A stretch of 64,000 nt of DNA from a virus. How positions within the stretch are numbered: position 1 is the stretch's first letter; every line of letters starts with the position of its first letter. The notes below the pieces were generated by a model. That model made no database searches, was not told the DNA's origin, and saw only the letters and a program-made list of their open reading frames with translations. Positions 8,768-17,846 of the stretch are shown in pieces. Position numbers and translations under genes: made by a program. The DNA is taken from IMG/VR virus record IMGVR_UViG_3300023179_000054, positions 1 through 64,000 of that record, one strand, 5' to 3'.

Positions 8768-9531
8768 ATTTCAAGTCCACTATATTTTTCCCAAATGTCA
8801 GGTGGCAGTATGGTTTTTCTGTTTGGCGGAGTAATTATTTTTTTAACATCATGTAGCCCTGGTGTATTGACACTTTTATCAAATATTTCAGAACCAATAA
8901 TATTTTTTATGTCGTTAAAATTATGCTCAAAATAAGGCTCTTCAATATGTTCATATATCATTCTCATTACAGGTTCTGGATGAAGCACCAGAATATCATA
9001 TTCAATTATTAAACAGTTTTTAAAATTAGGATTAGAATAAATCAACTCTTTCAATCCATTATAAGGATTTTTTATAAGATTTTCCATATATTGTTCACAT
9101 CTATTATATATAGATGAACTAGATTGACTAGAAGAATAATTAGGTTTCGAATACAAATTCTTTCTGGATAAATTTTCCAGAGAATCTAATATCCAACATA
9201 TATCTCTAACGGTTATTATCATTTTATGATCAGGATATAACCTGTTTAACAGTTCTTTACGAGCCGTCCATGTTCTATTGTGGTCGAAATACACATTTTC
9301 ATTACCATCATATAAAGTTTCTAAGAATGACCTTAGAATTTCATCCATTTTATCCCCAAAAAAACAACTTTTATAATTTCCTGGGCCATTTATACTTTCA
9401 ATAATATTATCAAAAATATGCCTAACAGGAGATGTTATATCAGCTCTAAATCTTGGATTCTGATTAAGTATTGCGGATAATAGAGTGCTTCCGGACCTTG
9501 GCAGTCCGGAAGTAAATACTATCTTTTTCAA
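8746..9531 (-). CDS. Sulfotransferase family protein
   Basis: SGLPRSGSTLL PAPS-binding loop; VRD....DS motif. Confidence 0.85.
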   Translation of the reverse strand: MKKIVFTSGLPRSGSTLLSAILNQNPRFRADITSPVRHIFDNIIESINGPGNYKSCFFGDKMDEILRSFLETLYDGNENVYFDHNRTWTARKELLNRLYPDHKMIITVRDICWILDSLENLSRKNLYSKPNYSSSQSSSSIYNRCEQYMENLIKNPYNGLKELIYSNPNFKNCLIIEYDILVLHPEPVMRMIYEHIEEPYFEHNFNDIKNIIGSEIFDKSVNTPGLHDVKKIITPPNRKTILPPDIWEKYSGLEIWKNLKS

Positions 9532-10010
9532 TTTAATCTCTCCACGGTTACCGATGATGTCGATCCCATACCGATAGCCCGAGCAGCACCGTAAGACAAA
9601 TCAAGATGACGGCCGCGGACAAAGGGTCCTCTATCATTAACCGTGACATTTACGCAACCTCTGTGACAGACACGAAGGACTGTGCCAAATGGATATGTCC
9701 GGTGGGCGCATGTGTGAGCATTAGGGTTGAAGACGGCACCCGATGCGGTGTGCCTCGAAAGTCGTTCACCATGCCCGTAGAAAGAAGCAACCATGCGACT
9801 CCCTCCATGATCATGATTACCCCAACTAGCAGTCCAATCATTAGTATCGTCGCTTTGAACGCTGCGGCCATGTTTACCTCTTGTCACTTTCTGCTGTTGC
9901 TGTGGTTGTTGCCCGCCAAAGGCACCATCGAAAAAATCAGATAACGGATCGGCAGCGGCCGAAGTTGTTAGTGTAATGAAAATGGCCGCAGCCGATAGAT
10001 ACTTATTCAT
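9528..10010 (-). CDS. rlpA: RlpA-like double-psi beta-barrel lytic transglycosylase, secreted
   Basis: ASFYG, TASG, TCAHRTYPFGT, VNDRGPF, LDLSYGAA; signal peptide. Confidence 0.9.
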   Translation of the reverse strand: MNKYLSAAAIFITLTTSAAADPLSDFFDGAFGGQQPQQQQKVTRGKHGRSVQSDDTNDWTASWGNHDHGGSRMVASFYGHGERLSRHTASGAVFNPNAHTCAHRTYPFGTVLRVCHRGCVNVTVNDRGPFVRGRHLDLSYGAARAIGMGSTSSVTVERLN

Positions 10011-10026
10011 AATAAATCCTTATTGT

Positions 10027-10103
10027 TGGTCGGGGTAGCAGGATTTGAACCTACGACATCTTGCTCCCAAAGCAAGCACTCTACCAGTCTGAGCTACACC
10101 CCG
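10027..10103 (-). tRNA. tRNA-Pro (TGG)
   Basis: Full cloverleaf; anticodon arm CTTGC-TTTGGGA-GCAAG, GGTTCAAAT T-loop, encoded CCA. Confidence 0.95.
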
Positions 10104-10109
10104 TATTAA

Positions 10110-10250
10110 TTACATACCAAATTGCTTCTTAACGATAGCAACAGCTTCTTCAAATGCCGCCTCTACACTTTCATCAGATACACCTTCACCAAGGATAACC
10201 TTCATAGCGGCAACAGCTTCTGCTTTTGTTTGTTCTGAAATCTGAAACAT
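10110..10250 (-). CDS. Small hypothetical protein (46 aa, MFQISEQTK...)
   Basis: Manual translation; RBS AGGAG. Confidence 0.7.
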   Translation of the reverse strand: MFQISEQTKAEAVAAMKVILGEGVSDESVEAAFEEAVAIVKKQFGM

Positions 10251-10259
10251 GATTATCTC

Positions 10260-10382
10260 CTATTGACTTGATAACATATTAATATCACTGGCGACAAAAC
10301 CAATAATAATCGTAATAGCAAAAAATATAGCCATACGAAAATAAGCTTGTCGTTTAAGTTGTTCTGGTGTTAAATCACTCAT
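10260..10382 (-). CDS. Small membrane protein (40 aa)
   Basis: Manual translation MSDLTPEQLKRQAYFRMAIFFAITIIIGFV...; one TM. Confidence 0.6.
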   Translation of the reverse strand: MSDLTPEQLKRQAYFRMAIFFAITIIIGFVASDINMLSSQ

Positions 10383-10383
10383 A

Positions 10384-10521
10384 TTAAAAATCCTTTGGTG
10401 CTCGTTTTCTTAACCATTCGGCAAAACCATCATCATTCTTTATGTGTTCTTGCCATTGCTTTTCATTCATTTGTCCTGACATATAACATTCCCAAAGGAG
10501 TTGAAATTGTTCCTCGTTCAT
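10384..10521 (-). CDS. Small hypothetical protein (45 aa, MNEEQFQLLWECY...)
   Basis: Manual translation; ATGA overlap with upstream gene. Confidence 0.65.
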   Translation of the reverse strand: MNEEQFQLLWECYMSGQMNEKQWQEHIKNDDGFAEWLRKRAPKDF

Positions 10522-10688
10522 GCTGCTTTCCACTTTCTCTGTATAGAAACTGTGCCTTTTGTCTTTAAGGAATTATAGACACGAAAGGCCTTTCCTTCCT
10601 TATCATGATACTCTTTACGGAAAATTACTTTATTACCTTCAGTAGCCTCAACTACCCAATAATATTTTATATTCTCTTGTTCCTTCAT
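10518..10688 (-). CDS. Hypothetical protein
   Basis: Start MKEQENIK after RBS GGAG; early promoter TTGACA-17-TATAAT at 10717-10745. Confidence 0.65.
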   Translation of the reverse strand: MKEQENIKYYWVVEATEGNKVIFRKEYHDKEGKAFRVYNSLKTKGTVSIQRKWKAA

Positions 10689-10741
10689 AGCAAATCTCCA
10701 TATTATATATGATAGTATTATAATGGTATAAGAAAGGAATG

Positions 10742-11341
10742 TCAAGTGCTATATACAATATTTAATACTATTCTATATTTACTATTAATAGGACAAGAAC
10801 TTGTATGATATGTAGAAGAATCAAAAAATGCTACTCTACCCATTTTAGGAGAAATAGTTATATCTTTATTAAATGTACCTTTATATGTGTGTAAATTTTC
10901 TTCAAATATTATAGTGTCTCCATCACTATCATTTACATAATATAAAACTGTATCAGTTTCATAAAATCCATCTGTATGAGGAATATTACATTTATTTTCA
11001 AATGTAGGTCTTGAAGGTGTTAATAAATTAGCCTTTATTCTTTGTAATTTTTTCTTATCGGAATTTTTAATATCAAATTTGTCTTCTATTATCTCTATCA
11101 ATGGTTTTAAAAGATTAAACTTCATTTCATCGGATTTAATCGTTCCATCTAAAAAAAATATATGTGAGAACTGAGGATTTTCTGAATAAGTATCAAATAT
11201 ATTATAATTCTCACTCATAATGTTTTTATACTCAATGTCAATATTTGATTTATTAAAAAACCAAGGAAAATTGAATGAAGTGAACATATTTTTTATTTGT
11301 TGTTGATATTTTAAAGATATCAAGTTATCAACTATTTGCAT
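10742..11341 (-). CDS. 2OG-Fe(II) oxygenase (cyanophage-type)
   Basis: PHTD, YYVNDSDGDT, PKMGRVAFFD..YH, R.VLN. Confidence 0.85.
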   Translation of the reverse strand: MQIVDNLISLKYQQQIKNMFTSFNFPWFFNKSNIDIEYKNIMSENYNIFDTYSENPQFSHIFFLDGTIKSDEMKFNLLKPLIEIIEDKFDIKNSDKKKLQRIKANLLTPSRPTFENKCNIPHTDGFYETDTVLYYVNDSDGDTIIFEENLHTYKGTFNKDITISPKMGRVAFFDSSTYHTSSCPINSKYRIVLNIVYST

Positions 11342-11365
11342 CTATACTCCTTGATGTAATAAAAT

Positions 11366-11442
11366 TGGTGATTCCGTGTGGACTCGAACCACAAACCTAC
11401 TGCTTAGAAGGCAGTTGCTCTATCCGGTTGAGCTACGGAACC
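11366..11442 (-). tRNA. tRNA-Arg (TCT)
   Basis: Cloverleaf; ACTGC-CTTCTAA-GCAGT anticodon arm; GGTTCGAGT; CCA end. Confidence 0.95.
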
Positions 11443-11874
11443 TTTTGCTAGTTCTAATATATTATTATACCTTTGATGATAACCAACAGGTGTTTGTTCT
11501 ATTATGTTGGCGTATAAGATATATAATAAATCTTTCCACATTTTTTCATTCAAATTTAATTCATTATTTAATATAATTCTATCTCTTCCTTCCATACAAA
11601 ATACTTTTACCAAAAAATTGGAATAACTACCAATCAGGTTTATAACTTCATTTTCATCCAAATTTAAATTGGCTTTAAAAAATTCAGTATCATAAACAGA
11701 ATGAAATAATCCTGCTAAATAAACATCTTGAGACATATTCAAATCTTTAAGGATTTTATATGTACCAAATAAATGTTCATAAAAAGTTTTTCCTGAATGT
11801 TTTATATTTTTGGTTTTTTCAAAAATAAATTCTACGGCCTGTTTTTCTTTAAGCAAATTCTGCGGCAAAGGCAT
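11404..11874 (-). CDS. DUF6817-like HD-domain protein; 3' end overlaps tRNA-Arg
   Basis: KHSGKTFYEHL.GT...AGLFHSVY; start uncertain. Confidence 0.7.
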   Translation of the reverse strand: MPLPQNLLKEKQAVEFIFEKTKNIKHSGKTFYEHLFGTYKILKDLNMSQDVYLAGLFHSVYDTEFFKANLNLDENEVINLIGSYSNFLVKVFCMEGRDRIILNNELNLNEKMWKDLLYILYANIIEQTPVGYHQRYNNILELAKGSVAQPDRATAF

Positions 11875-12085
11875 CGTTGATATCCGTTGGAACTTTCCTA
11901 AGAATAAAAGAAGGAGTATATCCAGCAAATGCGAATCCATTCTCAAGTTTTTCCATATATTCTTGAGCCTCATCCTCAAAGACGAATTCAGCAACAACTT
12001 GGTTGGTCATCGTCTCATAAACCTTCCATAGTAAGAAATCATTTTCATCGAATTCTGGATAGTATGTATATAGTCGCTTTGTCAT
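11849..12085 (-). CDS. Hypothetical protein
   Basis: ATGA-coupled to gp41. Confidence 0.7.
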   Translation of the reverse strand: MTKRLYTYYPEFDENDFLLWKVYETMTNQVVAEFVFEDEAQEYMEKLENGFAFAGYTPSFILRKVPTDINDAFAAEFA

Positions 12086-13458
12086 ACTTTTAACCCCTTG
12101 AACTTATTCTTACCACCATCAAACTGCCGAGGAATAGGTTTCACTTCTTCCTGTCCCGAGTCAACTATATCTTGGGCCGATTGTTCTACATCATACAACT
12201 TCATTTTACTTTTGTCAACACCAATCACAAATCTTTTATTCTGTGATGGATCATTATAACGGTTCTTTAACTGTTTTACTTGAACCTGTTTCAATTGTTC
12301 CATCGTTTCATTTGTGATAAGGGCCAAGAATAAATCGGCAGTCGCAGGCAAACCAAAGGACTCTGAGGTATCGGTCATGTCTGGATCGGATGATCCATAA
12401 CCGCCTCTGGTCAACTGTGTAGCAGACCAAAGAGGCACATTAAACTCAACCGCAAGACCTCTCAACTCTTCGGCGATTGCCTTGATGTAAGTATAACTAT
12501 TTGCTACACCTGGTTTGATACGTGAAGAGGAACAAATATTAAGATAGTCAATCATAATGGCATCAGGCACAAAGTTCTTTTTCAAGTTCAACTCATTTAA
12601 CAAAGAACGGAAATGTGTAGCAGATGCCGAAGATGTTGGATACTCTTTGACAATTAATTTGCCAGTGGTTTTAGATTTAAGGTTTTCAATCTTCTTTTGA
12701 TATATATCCTTTGGTAAAATCATCAAATCATTAATAGCAATATTCAAAAGATTAGCGTCAATACGTTCTGCTATTCTTTCTTCCGCCAACTCAAGAGTTA
12801 TGTAGAGAACATTTTTTCCTTGATTGAGATAAGAAGAAGCAAGATGGCACAGAAAGAGAGACTTGCCAACGCCAACACCTGCCATAACCACATTAAGAGT
12901 TTTTCGAGGAACGCCGTTCTTGGTGATTTTATTGAAAAAGTCCAGATCAAATGGCAACTTTTCTTGAACTCTGTGATAATACTCATAACGATCTTCAAAT
13001 TGCTCTAAATAATCATGTCCAACATTAGGATCAAAAGAGATGGAAAGAGCATCAGAAAGTAGGGAAGGTATTGCGCCTTTATCGAGTTTTCCTTTTCCAT
13101 TCATAATCTCCAAAGAATGTGTGATAGCATTATATATGGCCTTTTCTTGGCAAAACTTTTCAGTATTGTCTAAAAGCCAATCTGCGTTTGTCGAAACTGT
13201 GTCATTCTCAAGTTCTTTTAGTGTTTCTCTAATATTCTTGACCGTATCATCGGTCGTGCCACGTAGATTATCAACCTCGATGTTGAGAGCATCGAAGGTT
13301 GGTTGTTGATTATACTTCAACACAAAACTAGCCACCTCTTTAAAAAGCAGCCGGTCTTCTGTGTTAGAAAAGTATTCTTCTTTTAGGAATGGAAGTACCT
13401 TGCGAGTATATACTTCATTCTTAATTAAGTTCTTCAGTATCGTTTGTTCTAATCTCAC
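12082..13458 (-). CDS. gp41: Replicative DNA helicase (T4 gp41)
   Basis: Walker A AGVGVGKS, IDYLNIC, AEELRGLA, SESFGLPATAD, KNRY; GTG start. Confidence 0.95.
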   Translation of the reverse strand: MRLEQTILKNLIKNEVYTRKVLPFLKEEYFSNTEDRLLFKEVASFVLKYNQQPTFDALNIEVDNLRGTTDDTVKNIRETLKELENDTVSTNADWLLDNTEKFCQEKAIYNAITHSLEIMNGKGKLDKGAIPSLLSDALSISFDPNVGHDYLEQFEDRYEYYHRVQEKLPFDLDFFNKITKNGVPRKTLNVVMAGVGVGKSLFLCHLASSYLNQGKNVLYITLELAEERIAERIDANLLNIAINDLMILPKDIYQKKIENLKSKTTGKLIVKEYPTSSASATHFRSLLNELNLKKNFVPDAIMIDYLNICSSSRIKPGVANSYTYIKAIAEELRGLAVEFNVPLWSATQLTRGGYGSSDPDMTDTSESFGLPATADLFLALITNETMEQLKQVQVKQLKNRYNDPSQNKRFVIGVDKSKMKLYDVEQSAQDIVDSGQEEVKPIPRQFDGGKNKFKGLKV

Positions 13459-13753
13459 TATCACCTTCCAATTCTGATACATCTAACAACAAGGCATTTA
13501 AAATAAGTCCTAACATAGTATTGAACTTATCATTCTTACGTAAGGTTATCATAGACAGGTCATTTGTCTTGATAATCTCATAGTCATATTGCATCCTAGG
13601 AATATTATCCTCACCCATCTTGAATGTTACAGTTGTATAACGATACACTATCCCGGCGAACGGGTCAACCATTATTTCAATAGGAACAGTTGTTCCTTCT
13701 TCTTTTAGATTAAAGAGGTCATCCCTAAACTTATAATCAATCCCCACTTCCAT
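13421..13753 (-). CDS. gp40-like head vertex assembly chaperone
   Basis: Syntenic between uvsX and 41; GIVYRY...YDYEI...LGLIL pattern. Confidence 0.5.
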   Translation of the reverse strand: MEVGIDYKFRDDLFNLKEEGTTVPIEIMVDPFAGIVYRYTTVTFKMGEDNIPRMQYDYEIIKTNDLSMITLRKNDKFNTMLGLILNALLLDVSELEGDSEIRTNDTEELN

Positions 13754-13754
13754 C

Positions 13755-14264
13755 TTACATACTCACCTTTCTTGTGTTATATTTTGATTTAAGTAGTGAT
13801 GCAATCCATTCATCTATAGGAAATTTAGAATATATTTTATAAGAAGGATCTTTTTTACAAACATCACTTATTATCTTATTAACAGATTCCATAGGAAAAA
13901 ATTTCATCTTAGTATTATGTAAAGTTTTTAAACCATCTTTTCTTGCTTTAGCGGCAGCAGGATGGTTTTCATCACCACGAGATTTACCTTTTAATTCTTT
14001 TTGAAATCTATAAATTCTGTTATATACACTATAGTTTGTCATTCCAACATATAGGCATTTCTTACCTTTATAGATGGCATAAAGTCCTGGTGTATCGAAG
14101 AAAGATACTTGTTGGTGAGTTCCAAAAAAGTTTTTTTCAAAGAAAGTAACACCTTTGTCAGTCTCTTTGATGGTTATAAAATCTTCTTTAATTGCAGCAA
14201 GAACAATTTTATTTGCAATATCTCTAGGTTCATAGTGCCAATCATCAAAAAGGTCTTTATACAT
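13755..14264 (-). CDS. GIY-YIG nuclease
   Basis: GLYAIY-x6-YVG, NRI; AT-rich insertion behind uvsX. Confidence 0.7.
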   Translation of the reverse strand: MYKDLFDDWHYEPRDIANKIVLAAIKEDFITIKETDKGVTFFEKNFFGTHQQVSFFDTPGLYAIYKGKKCLYVGMTNYSVYNRIYRFQKELKGKSRGDENHPAAAKARKDGLKTLHNTKMKFFPMESVNKIISDVCKKDPSYKIYSKFPIDEWIASLLKSKYNTRKVSM

Positions 14265-15300
14265 TTTCAACCTCATCTGTTAAGTTTGTTTTACCATACA
14301 TAAACTCTGCCTGACAAAACTCATCAATCTTCATAAGGATTTCAGGTGTAAAGTATTTCACCGGATCATTTTCAATCTGACTTTCAAATGCTTTTGAACC
14401 ATCAGGTAGTTCAATACGAGTTGATACTTTCTTAAATACACCAAACTTAATCGCAAGGTCAAGAAGGCCATAATATGGGTCAAGGCCATGTGAATAGTTA
14501 AGGCGAGTTTCTACTTTCTTATTCTCAATAGTCATACGGGACTTTTTAAGGTTGGCTGTAATGATGGCACCTGAAATAGAACCATCTTTATCCTTATCTT
14601 TCTTTTTACCAAGGAAGATAATTGTAGATGCGGCATATTCAAGTCCTGAACCACCACCCATCTTCTTAACAGGCACATATGAACCAACAACATCATAAAC
14701 GTGGTTCGTTACAATTAGTGGCACCTTCGCTTTACCTAATTTGAGAGTAAGCACACGGAAGGCACCACGAACCAACTGTGCCCGTGTCATATCTCTTGTG
14801 TCTTTTCCATCGGCAATATCTTGCATCTCTTTATCGGTTGAGAGATTACCAAGAGAGTCGAGGACAAACAGCATTGGAGGTTTATCCTTTTGTGCGAGAT
14901 ACTTGTCGAGGATCTTTACTGCCTGTGTCCGAAATTCTTGAACAGTTGCCACAGGAACAATAGCAATCCGCTTAGTATCAATCCCCCTGTCTGATAGAAA
15001 AGACTTTGAGATAGCGGACTCGGATTCAAAATAAAATACAAATCCATTTGGATTATCCTCTAAGAATTGATAACAAACATTAAGAGCATAGAAAGTTTTA
15101 CCAACTGATGGTTCACCAGCAAAGGCAGTCACTTTGTTTTGTGGAAGGCCGCCAAAGATAGAACCGGATAACAAGGCGTTCATGGCGTATGAACCAGTGC
15201 CAATAAATCCTGAAACGTCGCCGGCTTCTACACCCTCTTCGGCAATACCAGCGTATTCGTTGTTGGTTTCTTCCAACAACTGATTAAAAATGTCTGACAT
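14257..15300 (-). CDS. uvsX: RecA-like recombinase UvsX
   Basis: [30 protein letters not shown]. Confidence 0.95.
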   Translation of the reverse strand: MSDIFNQLLEETNNEYAGIAEEGVEAGDVSGFIGTGSYAMNALLSGSIFGGLPQNKVTAFAGEPSVGKTFYALNVCYQFLEDNPNGFVFYFESESAISKSFLSDRGIDTKRIAIVPVATVQEFRTQAVKILDKYLAQKDKPPMLFVLDSLGNLSTDKEMQDIADGKDTRDMTRAQLVRGAFRVLTLKLGKAKVPLIVTNHVYDVVGSYVPVKKMGGGSGLEYAASTIIFLGKKKDKDKDGSISGAIITANLKKSRMTIENKKVETRLNYSHGLDPYYGLLDLAIKFGVFKKVSTRIELPDGSKAFESQIENDPVKYFTPEILMKIDEFCQAEFMYGKTNLTDEVENV

Positions 15301-15323
15301 AAGTTTCTCCTTAGTTATTGCTA

Positions 15324-16106
15324 TTAGGCAGTCTCGCCTAAAGCATCTTTATCTAAATCACCACGATTAACATAATTTTGTTTAAACCAATCCTGTAAAT
15401 CCTTAAATCTACCAGGTTCCCATGTTCCCATGTTTTCTATATTAGCATCAATATAATCCTTACCCCATGTATTGGTAAGCATATGTTTTGTCTTATGTGA
15501 AGGACAATAAGTATTACAAGTTGGATTATACTGCTCTTTTGGTAAAATGGCAACCGGTCTATTGTATCTTAAAGTAAATCTTGTTAGCATGTAACAGGCC
15601 GTAGTGTCCTTTATATAGAAATCCTGTGCTAATGCTTTTCCTTGTTTTACATCAGGTGTATCAGGATAATTATAAAATGTCCTTTTGATTTCATCCATCA
15701 AATCAATCCAAAAAGGATCACCAGCCTTTGAGGCCATCATACAATTCTGGATGAACTCATCATTCATACAGGATTCTAATACAACGAAGTCTTGATCTTT
15801 AATATCATCATAAAAGTTCTGATAGCAATACATATCAAGATCATGATAGATTCCACCATACTTATGTAATAAACAGTATTCAGCAAAATCAATCTTCATA
15901 ATATGAAATGGAAATGATTGATATAGATCCCAATATTGTGAATAATCTTCTTTAACCAATTCTTCCAGTTCTTCATCAGTCCAATTGAAATGAAAATATT
16001 CTCTTTCTGAAAATTGTTTTTTCCATGATTCAATACAGTGGTTCCAAACAGGATGCCATTTTGATTTGTCTGTAGGTCCTGTAGAGTGAATAAGTTTAGG
16101 TATCAT
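15324..16106 (-). CDS. GT32/OCH1-like glycosyltransferase
   Basis: MIPKLIH...SW...YGGIYHDLD (DxD). Confidence 0.8.
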   Translation of the reverse strand: MIPKLIHSTGPTDKSKWHPVWNHCIESWKKQFSEREYFHFNWTDEELEELVKEDYSQYWDLYQSFPFHIMKIDFAEYCLLHKYGGIYHDLDMYCYQNFYDDIKDQDFVVLESCMNDEFIQNCMMASKAGDPFWIDLMDEIKRTFYNYPDTPDVKQGKALAQDFYIKDTTACYMLTRFTLRYNRPVAILPKEQYNPTCNTYCPSHKTKHMLTNTWGKDYIDANIENMGTWEPGRFKDLQDWFKQNYVNRGDLDKDALGETA

Positions 16107-16288
16107 TATGCCACTTCCTTAAAATGCTGTTGTAATTCTGGAGATAATTTCTCTAATATGTGTCCTGGAATACCAACTCTTACTATATTGGCCAATTCTA
16201 CGATGTTATTAGGAGTAATAATATTTTCATCAGGAACAAATTCATATAAACGAGCTGGTGAATGTTTATGTTTATTATCCTTCTTCAT
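16106..16288 (-). CDS. Hypothetical protein
   Basis: ORF coupled to neighbours. Confidence 0.6.
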   Translation of the reverse strand: MKKDNKHKHSPARLYEFVPDENIITPNNIVELANIVRVGIPGHILEKLSPELQQHFKEVA

Positions 16289-17846
16289 AATATATTTTCT
16301 CCTTTAGAATATCAATATGTTCTGGTTCATTCTTAACTAATTCGGCCCAGTAGTCTCTTTTTTTATTCAATCTATTTGCTGCTTTTAAAGCATTTTTATA
16401 AAAATCATTATTGAGTGAAAAAGTATCTAGCAACTGTCTATCTGTTGGGAAAAAATTTGTTCCTGTTGCAACAGCATTTATTCCCGAATCATCAAATTGG
16501 TAATTATTAAATTTCATTTCCGAAACATTTTTAAACGCATCAACATGTGAGACAACATTTAAATTACACATAAATTCTGAATATTCTCTTCTACCTACAT
16601 CTCTCCAATATTCTGTATCATCTCGGTGTGATAAAGCATAATGTAAGGCCACAAATTCCGAAAATCCTTTAAATTGTGTCCTACATGCCAAACTATAAGC
16701 ATCTTTATCAAACTGGCTAACATAACCTTCTGGTTCTCTATCTAATACTCTAATAAGTTTAACTAAAAACATATGGACGCTATAAAGACCATTACTTTCT
16801 AATGGTTCAATAAAACCACCCGAAAGGCCGATAGGTACAACGTTTTTATACCAAAGTCTTTCATAACAACCTACTCTAAACTTTAATTTACGAAAGTTGA
16901 GTTCTCCGTTAAGTAGACCTTTGGATTGTAAATGATCTTTAAATTCTTCCAGAGCGACATCATCATCAATATACTTATCTGAATAAACGTATCCGGTTCC
17001 CATTCTACTCCAAACAGGAGTATTCCACACCCACCCATTACCTATAGCATGACAATCGGTGTATGTTACGAGTTGCTTTCTTTTATCTGTATATGGAACT
17101 TGGACGGCCCATGCCGAATTATTTGGTAGAATTTTTGTTAGTGAAATAAAAGGAACATCCAACTTACTATATAAAACCGATCTGAAACCGGTACAATCAA
17201 TATATAAATCAGCGATAACTTCTTCACCATTATCTAATATAAGTTTTTTAATACCATCTTCGTCTGTATGAATATCTTTAACCTCAGCAAGGATATTTTT
17301 AACACCTTTTGGCATAGCATAATGTGATTTCAACCATAAAGCAAACTGTACCGCATTAAAATGATAAGCACAATCATTATCAAAACTATAGTTAGGAAGT
17401 ATATTATTTTTATCAGAAATTTTATTTTGATTAACAAGTGCCATAATAGGATAAACACAATCAGCATAATCGCTAATAGGTGTTTCCGGATAAAACATCT
17501 TTTTTAAATACCAGTCATTTTTATTATTAAGATTGCCATCAACATTAGTGCCACCAAAAGGATAATGGAATGAACCAGCACCTTTTTTATAGAAATCTGT
17601 AAATCTAATGGAGAGTTTATATGTGGCATCACAATGCTTCATGAAATCTTCATCTTTAATCTCTAACAGTCGTAGCCATTCGTTAATGAAACCTAAGGTA
17701 GCTTCACCAACACCAACTGTAGGAATATTAGGACTTTCTATGAGTGTGATATCTCGACCTTTAAGACGGGCAATAAGAGTAGCAGCAGTCATCCATCCAG
17801 CAGAACCTCCACCAACGATAACAATCTTTTTAATCTGCTTACTCAT
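16275..17846 (-). CDS. Tryptophan halogenase (PrnA-like)
   Basis: GGGSAGW, VGVGEAT, ATYKLSI (catalytic Lys), DCTGF, GWVWNTP, GFIEPLES; ATG overlaps gp43 stop. Confidence 0.9.
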   Translation of the reverse strand: MSKQIKKIVIVGGGSAGWMTAATLIARLKGRDITLIESPNIPTVGVGEATLGFINEWLRLLEIKDEDFMKHCDATYKLSIRFTDFYKKGAGSFHYPFGGTNVDGNLNNKNDWYLKKMFYPETPISDYADCVYPIMALVNQNKISDKNNILPNYSFDNDCAYHFNAVQFALWLKSHYAMPKGVKNILAEVKDIHTDEDGIKKLILDNGEEVIADLYIDCTGFRSVLYSKLDVPFISLTKILPNNSAWAVQVPYTDKRKQLVTYTDCHAIGNGWVWNTPVWSRMGTGYVYSDKYIDDDVALEEFKDHLQSKGLLNGELNFRKLKFRVGCYERLWYKNVVPIGLSGGFIEPLESNGLYSVHMFLVKLIRVLDREPEGYVSQFDKDAYSLACRTQFKGFSEFVALHYALSHRDDTEYWRDVGRREYSEFMCNLNVVSHVDAFKNVSEMKFNNYQFDDSGINAVATGTNFFPTDRQLLDTFSLNNDFYKNALKAANRLNKKRDYWAELVKNEPEHIDILKEKIYYEEG

